Part shown: in pieces, positions 1-9,476 of the stretch
Numbering within the stretch: the stretch's first letter is position 1
How the letters are laid out: the number at the start of each line of letters is the position of its first letter
From: Nitrospirota bacterium
Lineage (GTDB): Bacteria; Nitrospirota; Nitrospiria; Nitrospirales; Nitrospiraceae
NCBI GenBank assembly: GCA_963701855.1
Contig: CAVPBK010000005.1
Span: 92,721 to 124,720, forward strand
Reading direction: 5' to 3'
Length of the DNA stretch: 32,000 bases
Made by a program: the position numbers and the translations under genes
Notes under the pieces: model-generated
Seen by the model: only the letters and a program-made list of their open reading frames with translations
Database searches by the model: none
What the model was told of the DNA's origin: nothing

Positions 1-368
1 TAAGTGTGGAAGACGAGATCGATGTGCAGGATCTGCTGCATGCATTGCTGCGAATCCAGTTTGACGATATCGATACAGAGGAATGGACGCCGAGTTATGC
101 CGAAGGAGCCCCTCGCACAACATTTCTACTGAACGACAATCAGCTTGCGGTGCTCGTCAAAAAAACGCGAAATGGTCTCACAGCCAAAGACCTCACTGAA
201 CAATTACGGATCGATACCGAGCGCTATCTCACCAAAAGCCGATGTACGTCGCTCTTGTGCTTTATTTACGACCCCGATGGCCGCATCGGTAATCCGAGGG
301 CTTTCGAAACCGCGCTCACCACGGTGAACGGTTCCTTGACCATTGGTGTACTGATTGCTCCGAAATGA
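1..368 (+). CDS. 5'-partial ORF running off the left window edge; restriction-endonuclease-like (PD-(D/E)XK-type) C-terminal domain protein, function unknown
   Basis: The frame of track ORF 6..368 stays open to base 3, so the true start is probably outside the window. The block DLLHALLRIQFDDI..EEWTPSY..FLL..AVLVKKTR..LLCFIYDPDGRIGNP resembles the D..(D/E)xK core of uncharacterised nuclease-fold proteins. The usual acidic residue of the ExK triad reads Leu here (VLVKK). Recognised by eye only. Confidence 0.35.
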   Translation, partial: SVEDEIDVQDLLHALLRIQFDDIDTEEWTPSYAEGAPRTTFLLNDNQLAVLVKKTRNGLTAKDLTEQLRIDTERYLTKSRCTSLLCFIYDPDGRIGNPRAFETALTTVNGSLTIGVLIAPK

Positions 369-376
369 GGTAAGAC

Positions 377-778
377 ATGAAGAAGTCTAAATCTGTTGTC
401 GCTACGCGTCCCCTATCGTCTGCGGGCTCTCTCGCATTGACAGCGGAGACGGGCATCCGCTACGTTGACGGGAATCCTGCGGTGCCTTGTACGATTCACG
501 CTCCAGTCGATGGTGGAAGAATCATGTCGGATCGAGCCTACGTGCTTATCAATGTACAGCCAGGGCGCACGAGCGATGTGGTTCGGGCGTTGTCCGGAAT
601 CAAGCAGATCAAGACCATCGATCCCTGCTGGGGCAAGCCCGATATTATTGTGGTGGTGGAAGTGTCGGACCAGGATGCCCTGACCCAGTTAGTGCTGAGC
701 CGGATTCATGAGATCGATGGCGTCCTCCAAACAGACACCCATCTTGTCTATCGATTAAAGGTCGGTAACGCCAAGTGA
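377..778 (+). CDS. small Lrp/AsnC-family ligand-binding (RAM) domain protein without an HTH
   Basis: The C-terminal 84 aa (MSDRAYVLINVQPGRTSDVVRALSGIKQIKTIDPCWGKPDIIVVVEVSDQDALTQLVLSRIHEIDGVLQTDTHLVY) show the stand-alone RAM/AsnC_trans_reg pattern. The start is ambiguous: ATG 377 has GAGGT 5 nt upstream, while internal ATG 524 would give the domain alone. Confidence 0.6.
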   Translation: MKKSKSVVATRPLSSAGSLALTAETGIRYVDGNPAVPCTIHAPVDGGRIMSDRAYVLINVQPGRTSDVVRALSGIKQIKTIDPCWGKPDIIVVVEVSDQDALTQLVLSRIHEIDGVLQTDTHLVYRLKVGNAK

Positions 779-852
779 CCGACACTCTTTGCGAATTCAA
801 CCTCGCCCTCTTAGCAGGCTGCTGAAAAATTCCTCCAGCGGAAGAAGACCGT

Positions 853-952
853 CATTTGGTTTATTTTGTTTGTCTTGTTTGTTTGGTTAAACCAGACTAA
901 CCTGATCAACTAGATGAACCAAATAAACCAAATGGACCAAATAGACCAAATA
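853..952. repeat. two inverted arrays of four tandem 9-bp units (TNTTTGGTT x4 at 853-888; RACCAAATR x4 at 917-952) around a 28-bp spacer
   Basis: Left units read directly: catttggtt, tattttgtt, tgtcttgtt, tgtttggtt. Right units: aaccaaata, aaccaaatg, gaccaaata, gaccaaata. The arms are reverse complements at 27 of 36 positions. This is an AT-rich island between two convergent gene ends. Confidence 0.8.
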
Positions 953-965
953 ACAGACTTGTTTC

Positions 966-2369
966 CTACTCTAACTCTCCGCTGTCGGCATCATCGCCAA
1001 GATCCAAACCAAACCGGTCAGCCATTCGATAGAGCGTGCGCCGATCGATGCCGAGAATCTTTGCGGCTTTGACTTTATTCCCCTTGGTTTCCTTTAGCAC
1101 GCGGGCGAGATGGCGTTTTTCGACCTCTTCAAGCGACAAACATCCCTCATCGCTATCGCCGACCGCCCCGGCGGTCTCCTTTACTGGCAGACCTGTCCGA
1201 CGCAGCGACGCCGGCAGATCGTCCGGGGTGAGGAGGGGCCCGTGACTCAACGAGACAGCCCGCTCGATGGCGTTTTCCAACTCGCGCACATTGCCGGGCC
1301 ACCGGTATTGCATCAACAACGTCATGGTCTCCGGCAGCACCCCGCGCACTGCATGCGCCGCCCCCGCCGCGCATTTCTGCAAAAAGTGATGCGCCAACAT
1401 TGGAATATCCTCCCGCCGCTCCATAAGCGGCGGCAAGGTGATACGCACGACATTAAGCCGATAAAATAAGTCGTCCCGATACTTTCCCGCCTTGACGAGC
1501 TGCTCAAGATCTCGGTTTGTCGCTGCGATGATGCGGACATCGACTTTCGTCGACGTCGTGCTGCCGACACGGCGGACCTCGTGATCTTGCATCACCCGCA
1601 ACAACTTCACTTGCACGGCCTGCCCCAACTCGCCGATCTCATCGAGAAACAACGTGCCCTCGTTCGCGGACTCAAAGAGGCCGACTTTGTTTCCCACCGC
1701 GCCGGTAAAGGCTCCCTTCTCATATCCGAACATTTCCGACTCCAGCAGGGCATCCGGTAACGCTCCACAATTCACCGGAATAAATGGCTTGTCCCGACGC
1801 GGCCCATTGGCATGGATCGCCCGCGCAATCAGTTCCTTGCCGGTCCCGCTTTCCCCTTGCAGGAGCACTGTGCTCTTGCTCTCGGTCACCCGCGCCACCA
1901 GCTTATACACTTCCAGCATGGCAGGACTGCTCCCCACCAGCGGAGACCATTCATCTTTGCTTTTCAACTCTTCACGAAACCGGGCATTTTCTCGGATGAG
2001 TCGGCAGTGATCGAGACTTCGCTTGACTACCAGCGTGATATCCTCTTTCTTAAACGGCTTGGCGAGATAGTCGTAGGCCCCTTGCTTGATCGCTTCGATT
2101 GCACCTTCAAGAGATCCGAACGAGGTCAGCACCACGACCTCCGTGTCAGGGCTCATGCGTTTAAATTCGCGCAAGACGGTCAGTCCGTCGACCGCGCCCA
2201 TGCGAATATCTGTCAGCACTAGATCCACTCGTCCCTGGCGTCCACGAGCGATGACCTCTTCTCCACCGGCGAAGGTTTCAACGGCATAGCCTTCTCTCTT
2301 TAAGGCCTCAGCCAAGAGATCGCGCGCGACCGCATCGTCGTCGACTACGAGAATATTCGCTGGTTCCAT
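966..2369 (-). CDS. sigma54-dependent Fis-family response regulator (NtrC-type: REC + AAA+ sigma54-interaction + HTH_8)
   Basis: REC domain (ILVVDDD..DLVLTDIRMG), Walker A GESGTGKE, GAFTGA loop (EKGAFTGA), WPGNVRELEN, and a C-terminal Fis-type HTH (KAAKILGIDRRTLYR). Confidence 0.93.
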   Translation of the reverse strand: MEPANILVVDDDAVARDLLAEALKREGYAVETFAGGEEVIARGRQGRVDLVLTDIRMGAVDGLTVLREFKRMSPDTEVVVLTSFGSLEGAIEAIKQGAYDYLAKPFKKEDITLVVKRSLDHCRLIRENARFREELKSKDEWSPLVGSSPAMLEVYKLVARVTESKSTVLLQGESGTGKELIARAIHANGPRRDKPFIPVNCGALPDALLESEMFGYEKGAFTGAVGNKVGLFESANEGTLFLDEIGELGQAVQVKLLRVMQDHEVRRVGSTTSTKVDVRIIAATNRDLEQLVKAGKYRDDLFYRLNVVRITLPPLMERREDIPMLAHHFLQKCAAGAAHAVRGVLPETMTLLMQYRWPGNVRELENAIERAVSLSHGPLLTPDDLPASLRRTGLPVKETAGAVGDSDEGCLSLEEVEKRHLARVLKETKGNKVKAAKILGIDRRTLYRMADRFGLDLGDDADSGELE

Positions 2370-3574
2370 CAGTTCCTCTCTGTCACGCGCGTCGGCTCAG
2401 TTTTCAATCCAGGTAAGGTTACGGTGACGGTTGTGCCGCGTCCGGTCTCGCTCTCGAGCACAAGACTGCCTCCATGAGCCAGGACGGTTTCGCGGCTCAA
2501 GAATAGCCCTAATCCGGTGCCCTTGCCAACCGCCTTAGTCGTAAAAAATGGTTCAAAGGCTTTCTCCACATCAGCCACCGGCATGCCGCATCCCGTATCC
2601 TGCACCGCGACCGTGATCACCAGAGGCGACATCGCGTCGGCCACCCGGCGGCCGCGGTCGAGTTCGTCGGATGAGGCCTCACGAGCTCCTACTAATACCT
2701 TCACTGCTCCCTGTGGCGGGGTAGCGGCTAAGGCATTGGCGAATATGTTCACCAACACTTGATGCATCTTTTCCGCATCGGCCCAGATGAGCGGGAGGTT
2801 CCCGGGAATCTCGATCGTCAATGCGATCTCTTTCGCATGGAAGGCCGGCTCCATGAGCACAGCTGCCGGGCTGATCACCTTGTCCACGGGCAACCATGTC
2901 GGTTCAGGTAGGCGCTGTCTGGTTGAGGACAGCAAATCCTGAATGATCCGAACCACCCGCGTGAGCTGCTCATCGATCACGGTCACCCGCTTCTTCATCT
3001 CAGGTGTGACGCCCGGCTCTTCAGCCAATGCTTGTACATGCCAGGCAATCGAGTGTAACGGCGTTCCGATCTCATGCGCTACGGAAGCCACCAATTGCCC
3101 CACCGCAGCTAAGCGTTCTGAGCGATTCAACTGGTCTTTCGCTTCAACCAGCTGTGTATTGGCTTTCAGGAGATTTTCCGTTTCCCGGGCGAGAGCGGCG
3201 CGTGCCGCTGCCTCTCTCGTCTTGCGTTCCTCCCACGTCATACCGATATACGCCACGACCAGGAGTACTCCTGCAACCACACTGCGGTTGATCACCGCCG
3301 ATTGAAACCGCCCCGGTTTGGTTGGTTGCATCAACCCCATATAGGTCGCCACGATACAGGCCACTACGGTTACGAGCATCAGGCTGCGACTGCGCACTGT
3401 GGCAACCAACAGAATCGGCACCACAAAACCGTACGCGCCAACAACATTCGCCGGGGCGGCCATTTCAAGCACGACGATCGCCAGGAACACCGCCCCTGCG
3501 ATCGCCAGCACAATGCGATTTTGTTTCAACATGGGAGTGGGAGATACGTAAATTGCCGATGAACCATGGTCCAA
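2369..3574 (-). CDS. membrane sensor histidine kinase (HisKA + HATPase_c), partner of the adjacent regulator
   Basis: N-terminal hydrophobic helices, H-box [14 protein letters not shown]-box NIFANAL, G-boxes DTGCGM and GTGLGL. The stop overlaps the regulator start by 1 nt. An alternative start at Met15 (3532) is possible. Confidence 0.9.
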   Translation of the reverse strand: MDHGSSAIYVSPTPMLKQNRIVLAIAGAVFLAIVVLEMAAPANVVGAYGFVVPILLVATVRSRSLMLVTVVACIVATYMGLMQPTKPGRFQSAVINRSVVAGVLLVVAYIGMTWEERKTREAAARAALARETENLLKANTQLVEAKDQLNRSERLAAVGQLVASVAHEIGTPLHSIAWHVQALAEEPGVTPEMKKRVTVIDEQLTRVVRIIQDLLSSTRQRLPEPTWLPVDKVISPAAVLMEPAFHAKEIALTIEIPGNLPLIWADAEKMHQVLVNIFANALAATPPQGAVKVLVGAREASSDELDRGRRVADAMSPLVITVAVQDTGCGMPVADVEKAFEPFFTTKAVGKGTGLGLFLSRETVLAHGGSLVLESETGRGTTVTVTLPGLKTEPTRVTERN

Positions 3575-3614
3575 TCCCTAGCAGGTTGAGAAAAACCGCA
3601 TTGTGATATAGTTG

Positions 3615-3739
3615 CCGGATGCTCAAAAAGGCCGTCCAGCAAGGCCGCAGGCGAGTCGAAACCGGAGGCGTACCCTCAGGGGTACGTTGAGGATTTCGAT
3701 GAGCCGAGAACGAAGCAGGCGGACTTTTTCAGCATCCGG
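3615..3739. repeat. 125-bp palindromic intergenic element (MITE/REP-like)
   Basis: The termini ccggatgctcaaaaag and ctttttcagcatccgg are inverted repeats (15 of 16). There is an internal near-palindrome cgtaccctcaggggtacg. The element lies between the malQ stop and the kinase start. I recall very similar elements recurring in Nitrospirae and deltaproteobacterial assemblies. Confidence 0.6.
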
Positions 3740-3749
3740 ACAGAGGGTC

Positions 3750-5867
3750 TTACCCTAGCGGACGGGTGGAACGCAAGGCAGCCCCAAGCTGCCGCAGACG
3801 TTCATCACCCAACATCTCATCCACACGAACCGCATACTTCCTGGTCCAGTTCGGATGGGTATCGACCGTTCCGGGAAGATTGGTTTGCGAAAGTTCGTCC
3901 AAGCCGTCTTCGAGATTTGCCAGGACGAGACAGGACGGTGTGCGGGCCAGGTAGAGATGGATCGCTCGGCAGAGTTCAGTCGTCATGGCGGGAGCGGTGG
4001 CTGGGTCCTCCGTTACGCCAGGTGGCAGAAGGTTTTCCCGTTGAAGCGCACAGAGGATGTGTGACTTGTCGCGCCGACGCTCTTCCCAGGCGCGCCAGCG
4101 CGTTTCGTCATCTGGAAAGGCGCCCAATTCCGCCCGTACGAGTAGATCCTCGCCGGACCAAAATCCGGTGAGCGTCGGCAAGTCGTGCGTCGTGGCTACA
4201 GCCAGGGATTGTGCGGGATAGTCGCCGGGCGGCTTCATGGCGCCGTCTGCGCCGCGCTCGAAGTAGAACACACGATACGACAGTACTCTCGCCTTCGCCA
4301 ACTGTTCTCTGACCCAATCGGGGACCGTGCCGAGGTCTTCTCCAATGACTAGGGTTTTGGATCGAACGCTTTCCAATGCCACGATCGCCAACAAATCTTC
4401 AAAGGGGTACTGCACATAGGTGCCTTCGGATGCAGGCCTCCCGCGCGGGATCCAGAAGAGCCGGCAGAACGCCATCACATGGTCCAATCGAATGGCTCCG
4501 CCGGATCGAAAGTTGTTGTGAAATAGCTGGATCATCAGCTCATAGCCACTGGCGCGTAGCGCGTGAGGATTGATCGGAGGTAAGCCCCAATTCTGTCCCG
4601 CTGGCGCAAATGCGTCAGGCGGGGCGCCGCAGTCGGCTCCGAACGCCAACACCGATTGATAGATCCAGGCTTCAGCCCCATTCCGATCGGCGCCGAGAGC
4701 CAGGTCATGATAGAGCCCGATCGGCATTGGCAGATGCTCCGCTGTACGTCGGACCTCGTTCAGCTGTTCGCTCGCCACCCACTGAAGGTATTGAAAGAAG
4801 CGAATGCGTGTCCGGTGGCGTTTCGCATACTCACGAACCGGTTGGCCAGGCGTCAACAATTGCTTGGGCCAATCGTGCCAAGAGACCGGCGAGGATTGAA
4901 TCAGTCGGCGTTCTTCTTCCAACGTCTGGAAGGTGGCATACAACTCAAGCGGTGTGCCCTCAGCCTGGATAAACCGCTCCAAGAACAAGCCGCGAGCTGT
5001 GCGGGGTTGGAGATTTGGCTCCTCTCCGCTGTAGGCATCTATGAGGAATTGTTGGTAGGCCAGATCGAGCATGGTGCGCTTGACGGTTGCAATGGCACCG
5101 TAGTCTACCCGCCGACTTTCTCGCAACGCCTGAAGCTTGGTTTGAAACTCGGGAGCATGGAACTGTTGCTGCGCCTTCTCCGATCCATAAAACTCCGGCA
5201 GCCGCTCGAGATCGATATAGAGTTCATTGAGGTATAGTCGGCTGTCCGGCGCATAGGGACTAATGTGATAAGGTAGAGTATTTCGCAGTGCGTGCAACGG
5301 ATTGAGCCCGATGAATCCGGCGCCGAGCTCTTTCCCAGCCCACTCCACAATATGACCGAGATCGGTGAAATCGCCGCACCCCCAGTTACGGTCGGAGGAC
5401 AACGAATAGAGTTGCAAGGCCAGTCCCCACAGCCGCTGGTTCCCCTCAAGCGACGGCGGAACATAGCACTGGCGTGGAGCCACAATGACACGCATCGTTC
5501 CCACGTTTCCCCCGACCAAGCCTTCGGCCCGCATCATCAATTTGTAGTACCCGAGCGAGAGACCATTCGGAGCCGGTATTTCGATACGCACATGCCGTTG
5601 ACCTTTGAGAAAACGGACCTCCATGGCGGAAAGCCCAGGCCCTGCCTGTCCTTCTTGCACCATGGTGTTCGCTTCATCGAAGATCTGCCACGCCACTACG
5701 ACGGACCCTTCTCTTCCGTCCTCGATCGCGAGATAACAGGAGACAGAAGGTCCCGTTTCATTGTCACGCAGGATCTGCACTGCGCTGCAGGGGTGTTGCC
5801 ACGGTGCCTCATCCCAATCTTGCAGCGCTTGTGTCAGCGATTCGGTCGAATCGACCGAAAAGCCCAT
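3750..5867 (-). CDS. malQ: 4-alpha-glucanotransferase (amylomaltase, GH77) with an N-terminal extension; the 5' end is unresolved (see findings)
   Basis: GH77 signatures GLNPLHAL, ISPYAPDSRLYLN, GLYHDLALG, IRLDHVMAF, IGEDLGTVP, THD. Conserved MalQ N-terminal sequence continues upstream of ATG 5867 without a canonical start. Confidence 0.9.
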   Translation of the reverse strand: MGFSVDSTESLTQALQDWDEAPWQHPCSAVQILRDNETGPSVSCYLAIEDGREGSVVVAWQIFDEANTMVQEGQAGPGLSAMEVRFLKGQRHVRIEIPAPNGLSLGYYKLMMRAEGLVGGNVGTMRVIVAPRQCYVPPSLEGNQRLWGLALQLYSLSSDRNWGCGDFTDLGHIVEWAGKELGAGFIGLNPLHALRNTLPYHISPYAPDSRLYLNELYIDLERLPEFYGSEKAQQQFHAPEFQTKLQALRESRRVDYGAIATVKRTMLDLAYQQFLIDAYSGEEPNLQPRTARGLFLERFIQAEGTPLELYATFQTLEEERRLIQSSPVSWHDWPKQLLTPGQPVREYAKRHRTRIRFFQYLQWVASEQLNEVRRTAEHLPMPIGLYHDLALGADRNGAEAWIYQSVLAFGADCGAPPDAFAPAGQNWGLPPINPHALRASGYELMIQLFHNNFRSGGAIRLDHVMAFCRLFWIPRGRPASEGTYVQYPFEDLLAIVALESVRSKTLVIGEDLGTVPDWVREQLAKARVLSYRVFYFERGADGAMKPPGDYPAQSLAVATTHDLPTLTGFWSGEDLLVRAELGAFPDDETRWRAWEERRRDKSHILCALQRENLLPPGVTEDPATAPAMTTELCRAIHLYLARTPSCLVLANLEDGLDELSQTNLPGTVDTHPNWTRKYAVRVDEMLGDERLRQLGAALRSTRPLG

Positions 5868-6241
5868 GGCAGTCAGTATGGCGCGCCGGGTGTCATCGGA
5901 GGTGAGGTGAAAATTACCGGCTATATCGTAATAGTCAGTCGCGATACCGGCACGTTCGGCGAGTTTGGCAAGAAGGGTCCGTCTGGTCTTGCATGTAGGG
6001 GAGTCTGCGTGAAGACCTCAGGCATGTCAAGCTATCTCATTGTTCTTGAAAGCAAATTTGTGCAATTGTGTCTCCTGTCTGGCGGACTCAATTACGTTCG
6101 ACTCGGTACCATTTCTCACGTTCCGTCCGCAGGAGTTCATTCTGTCGTGGTAACGGAAGTGACTCCGGAAATTTGAATAAACCGATATGTGATGGATCTG
6201 CTGCTCTTGATAGTTTTCCTGATCGATGAAAGTGCGCAGAA

Positions 6242-6545
6242 GATGGCAAAGAGAACGAGACGAACTCACTCGGCGGTGTTTAAAGCCAATGTGGCGTTGG
6301 TTGTGATGGCTGGGATTATGTTGCATCCGAAGCGCTGGCTGGTGGCTCGATTCGTGGATTGTCCTCCCAGGGCATAGCGCATACCCGAGACGTGATCGCC
6401 TCATAACGCCATCTCGTCGCTTCGGTGAGTCTGGAGGTCGTGCTACACCGTCACGAGCGACACCTAGACGTTTCAAGAAAGTTCGGCGAGTCCACGACCG
6501 AGAATCTGGGTGCTTCGAGAAGCCACTCTGGAAGAAGGTTGCTAT
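6242..6545 (+). pseudogene. relic of an IS3-family orfA (HTH transposase N-terminal protein); orfB absent
   Basis: MAKRTRRTHSAVFKANVAL matches the typical IS3/IS911 OrfA N-terminus. Downstream similarity (..LSSQGIAHTRDVI.., ..ESGCFEKPLWKK..) can only be followed by switching frames and crossing stops. Confidence 0.45.
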
Positions 6546-6761
6546 AGCCTGTCAGAATAATGAGGCTTGCATTAAAGACACCGAAGAGCAGTCAACTCCG
6601 TCCATTGGTTTTATCGAGCCACAGTATAAAAGTTATTGAGGTTTATTGACTCCCCCCATTTCATTTTGTTAGCCTCAAACCCCACCGCCGCGTGACTGTC
6701 GATAGAAAAGACGAGAAAAGTCAGGCAGTATCCTTGGCATTCAATCCCGAAAGGAGTTCCA

Positions 6762-8627
6762 ATGGCTAGCTCAACCGCCTCGCCCGAATTGCTTACTGAA
6801 CTGCAGAATAAGGCGACACAGCTTCGGATCGAGAGCGTTCGCGCGACGAGTGAAGCCGGAAGCGGGCACCCCTCTAGCTGCTGCTCTGCTGCGGACATTG
6901 TCGCGGCCCTTTTCTTCTCAGTCATGCGATACGATCCCACAAATCCGAAGGCGTACAATAGCGATCGGTTCGTGCTGTCAAAAGGCCATGCTGCCCCCTT
7001 GCTCTATGCCGCTTGGGCTGAAGCTGGTCTCTTTCCCAAGAGTGAACTGCTCAAACTCCGAACGCTGACGTCCGATCTCGAAGGCCACCCGACGCCTCGC
7101 TTATCATTTGTCGATATGGCAACGGGTTCGTTGGGGCAAGGACTTCCGGTTGGTATTGGAATCGCCCTCAATGCAAAATTCATCGACAAACTGGATCACC
7201 GTACCTACGTCTTGATGGGCGACGGAGAGTCCGTCGAGGGATCCGTATGGGAAGCGGCCGAAGTCGCGCGCCATCACGAACTGGATAATCTCTGCGCCAT
7301 TGTGGATGTCAATCGACTCGGTCAAAGCGATCCCACCATGCTGCAACACGACATGGAGGGCTATCGTTCCCGATGGGCTGGCTTTGGCTGGCAAGCGCTG
7401 GTGGTTGACGGGCACGACCTTTCAGCTTTGCTCGCAGCCTTTGATGCCGCCGCATGCACCAAAGGCAAACCGACGGTGCTTCTCGCCAAAACATTTAAGG
7501 GCAAGGGCATTTCCTTCATGGAGAACCATCCTAGCTGGCATGGGAAGCCGGTCGCCAAAGGTGAGGAAACTCAGAAGGCGATCGATGAGTTGACCAATCA
7601 GTTGAAGCCGAGCAGGACCGCCATAGCATTGAAGAAGCCAGCGGCGCCGGTTCAAGGGCCGTCGTCAATCAGCCCTCTCCCACCTTCGCCCTACAAAGTA
7701 GGCGACGCTGCCGCTACGCGTGAAGCGTTCGGCAATGCATTTGAAGCACTGGGCGCGGTCAATTCACTAGTCGTGGGACTGGATGCCGATGTAAAGAATT
7801 CGACCTATACCGATAAATTCGGCAAGAAGTTTCCCAATCGATTCTTTGAAAATTTCATCGCGGAGCAAAACATGCTCGGGGCTGCAGCCGGTTTAGCCGC
7901 CTGCGGGAAAATTCCGTTTGTCGCCACGTTTGCGGCATTTTATACGCGAGCCTACGACTTCATTCGCATGGCTGCCATCAGCGGCTCGAACATCAAACTC
8001 GTCGGCACACACGTCGGCGTGAGCATCGGAGAAGACGGTCCCTCGCAAATGGGATTGGAAGATATTGCGATGATGGCTGCACAACCGGGCGTGACCGTGT
8101 TGTATCCGTCCGATGCGACCTGTATGTATCGGCTCGTTGAAAAGGCTGCTACGCACAAAGGGATGGTCTACATTCGGGCTGGTCGCCCAAAATCTCCGGT
8201 CCTATACGGACCAGATGAAGCCTTCCAGATCGGCGGATCGAAGGTCATTCGCCAAAGCGCGTCAGATGTCCTTACGATTGTTGCGGCCGGCGTCACGCTC
8301 TTCGAGGCCTTGAAGGCGTACGACACATTGAAAGGCGCGGGCCTCTCCGTGCGGATCGTCGATCTTTATAGTATTGTTCCCATTGATCGCATCACATTGC
8401 TGGACAGTGCCAGAGCCACTCAGGGGCGCATCCTCACCGTTGAGGATCATTATGCGCACGGCGGTCTCGGAGATGCAGTGCTCAGCGCGGTCGGACCAGA
8501 AGGCATTAAAGTGCATAAGCTTGCCGTTCGCACGATCCCACACAGCGGAAAACCGGACGAGCTTGTCGATCACTTTGGCATCGGAGCACGATCGATTGTG
8601 GAAGCAGCTAAACAAATCACAAAGTAA
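6762..8627 (+). CDS. tkt: transketolase (single-chain, about 620-aa form)
   Basis: SGHPSSCCSAADIVAALFF, GHAAPLLYA, MATGSLGQGLPVGIGIA, GDGESVEGSVWEA and the C-terminal pyrimidine-binding and C domains. AGGAG lies 6 nt upstream of the ATG. Confidence 0.93.
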   Translation: MASSTASPELLTELQNKATQLRIESVRATSEAGSGHPSSCCSAADIVAALFFSVMRYDPTNPKAYNSDRFVLSKGHAAPLLYAAWAEAGLFPKSELLKLRTLTSDLEGHPTPRLSFVDMATGSLGQGLPVGIGIALNAKFIDKLDHRTYVLMGDGESVEGSVWEAAEVARHHELDNLCAIVDVNRLGQSDPTMLQHDMEGYRSRWAGFGWQALVVDGHDLSALLAAFDAAACTKGKPTVLLAKTFKGKGISFMENHPSWHGKPVAKGEETQKAIDELTNQLKPSRTAIALKKPAAPVQGPSSISPLPPSPYKVGDAAATREAFGNAFEALGAVNSLVVGLDADVKNSTYTDKFGKKFPNRFFENFIAEQNMLGAAAGLAACGKIPFVATFAAFYTRAYDFIRMAAISGSNIKLVGTHVGVSIGEDGPSQMGLEDIAMMAAQPGVTVLYPSDATCMYRLVEKAATHKGMVYIRAGRPKSPVLYGPDEAFQIGGSKVIRQSASDVLTIVAAGVTLFEALKAYDTLKGAGLSVRIVDLYSIVPIDRITLLDSARATQGRILTVEDHYAHGGLGDAVLSAVGPEGIKVHKLAVRTIPHSGKPDELVDHFGIGARSIVEAAKQITK

Positions 8628-8819
8628 GCCCGCCCGCGCCAGCCTTCCTCATGAGTTGGTGCGGTATTTCTTTTCTGAACATTCTGAGAGGACCGGTGCG
8701 CCAACGTCTGCTTCAGGAACTGACAGAAGCCCGCTATGGCAGTGACTGTTCGTGGAGAAACATCAGTCCGGCGATGATTTCGCATGGCGTGCGAAACTGG
8801 TTGGATTTCAATTGCCCAC

Positions 8820-9284
8820 TCATGGTGCGTTTATTCCAGTATGGGGGGCCAGGTCTGCCGTGATGCAGGACTGCATAATTTCAGCGCGGCATTGCCATGA
8901 CGTGGCCGCCGTATTGAGATGGTGAACCAGTTCTTCCGGCACGATTATGCCAACGGTGATATCCACCAAGACGTGATCGGGTATGCGATGAAAATGCGCG
9001 GCGTTCACACCCTGAAGGGTGAGCAACGCCCTGCTTAGCTCGTTCTCATGGGTGTAGCAGCCAGGTCCTATCAGCACGACGGGAACTCTCTCCATGGCAG
9101 CGTGGCTGGCTGCGGCTGGCTGAAATACGGCAAGACCCACGGTGAGCGCCATCGCAAGCATCAGACGGTTGTGTCTAAGCGTGGCCTTGCCGTCTGCATG
9201 AGGCTGTGGGCAGGTTGCGGCTACGCTCTTCGCGAAGGGCGTCTGCGTCCGGTTTGCGTATCCGCGATGAGCTGTTCGCGTCAT
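8820..9284 (-). CDS. hypothetical exported protein (possible ferredoxin-like/HMA-like fold)
   Basis: The ORF is open 8820..9437. An internal hydrophobic segment MLAMALTVGLAVFQPAAASHA looks like a signal peptide, so the start is more likely Met52 (9284) or Met93 (9161). No recognisable family. Confidence 0.35.
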   Translation of the reverse strand: MTRTAHRGYANRTQTPFAKSVAATCPQPHADGKATLRHNRLMLAMALTVGLAVFQPAAASHAAMERVPVVLIGPGCYTHENELSRALLTLQGVNAAHFHRIPDHVLVDITVGIIVPEELVHHLNTAATSWQCRAEIMQSCITADLAPHTGINAP

Positions 9285-9435
9285 CGGAATACCTGTCTGC
9301 AGGGAGGCGATCTGAAGCCCTTGGGTAGGTTCATCGATTTGTCTTAAGATCTCATGGTAGACGGTGATGCGAGTTGTCGGACCATGCGAATCTCCGGTTC
9401 GGCTGGGTTGCAGTGTTCCTCTCTTGAACGCGTTC

Positions 9436-9470
9436 ACGGGCAGGCGGCGAGGATCTCACCGCCTGCCCGT
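9436..9470 (-). terminator. 12-bp perfect GC-rich stem-loop just downstream of the truncated haemoglobin gene (no clear U-tract)
   Basis: acgggcaggcgg (9436-9447) pairs with ccgcctgcccgt (9459-9470) around an 11-nt loop. Confidence 0.45.
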
Positions 9471-9476
9471 CGCCCT

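Noticed and set aside
5292-6176. 294-aa plus-strand ORF
   Set aside because: Most of it is antisense to the well-supported malQ gene. It has no RBS or recognisable motifs, and is a typical shadow ORF in GC-rich coding DNA.
6027-6476. 149-aa minus-strand ORF
   Set aside because: It is antisense to the IS3 orfA relic and has no RBS or family resemblance.
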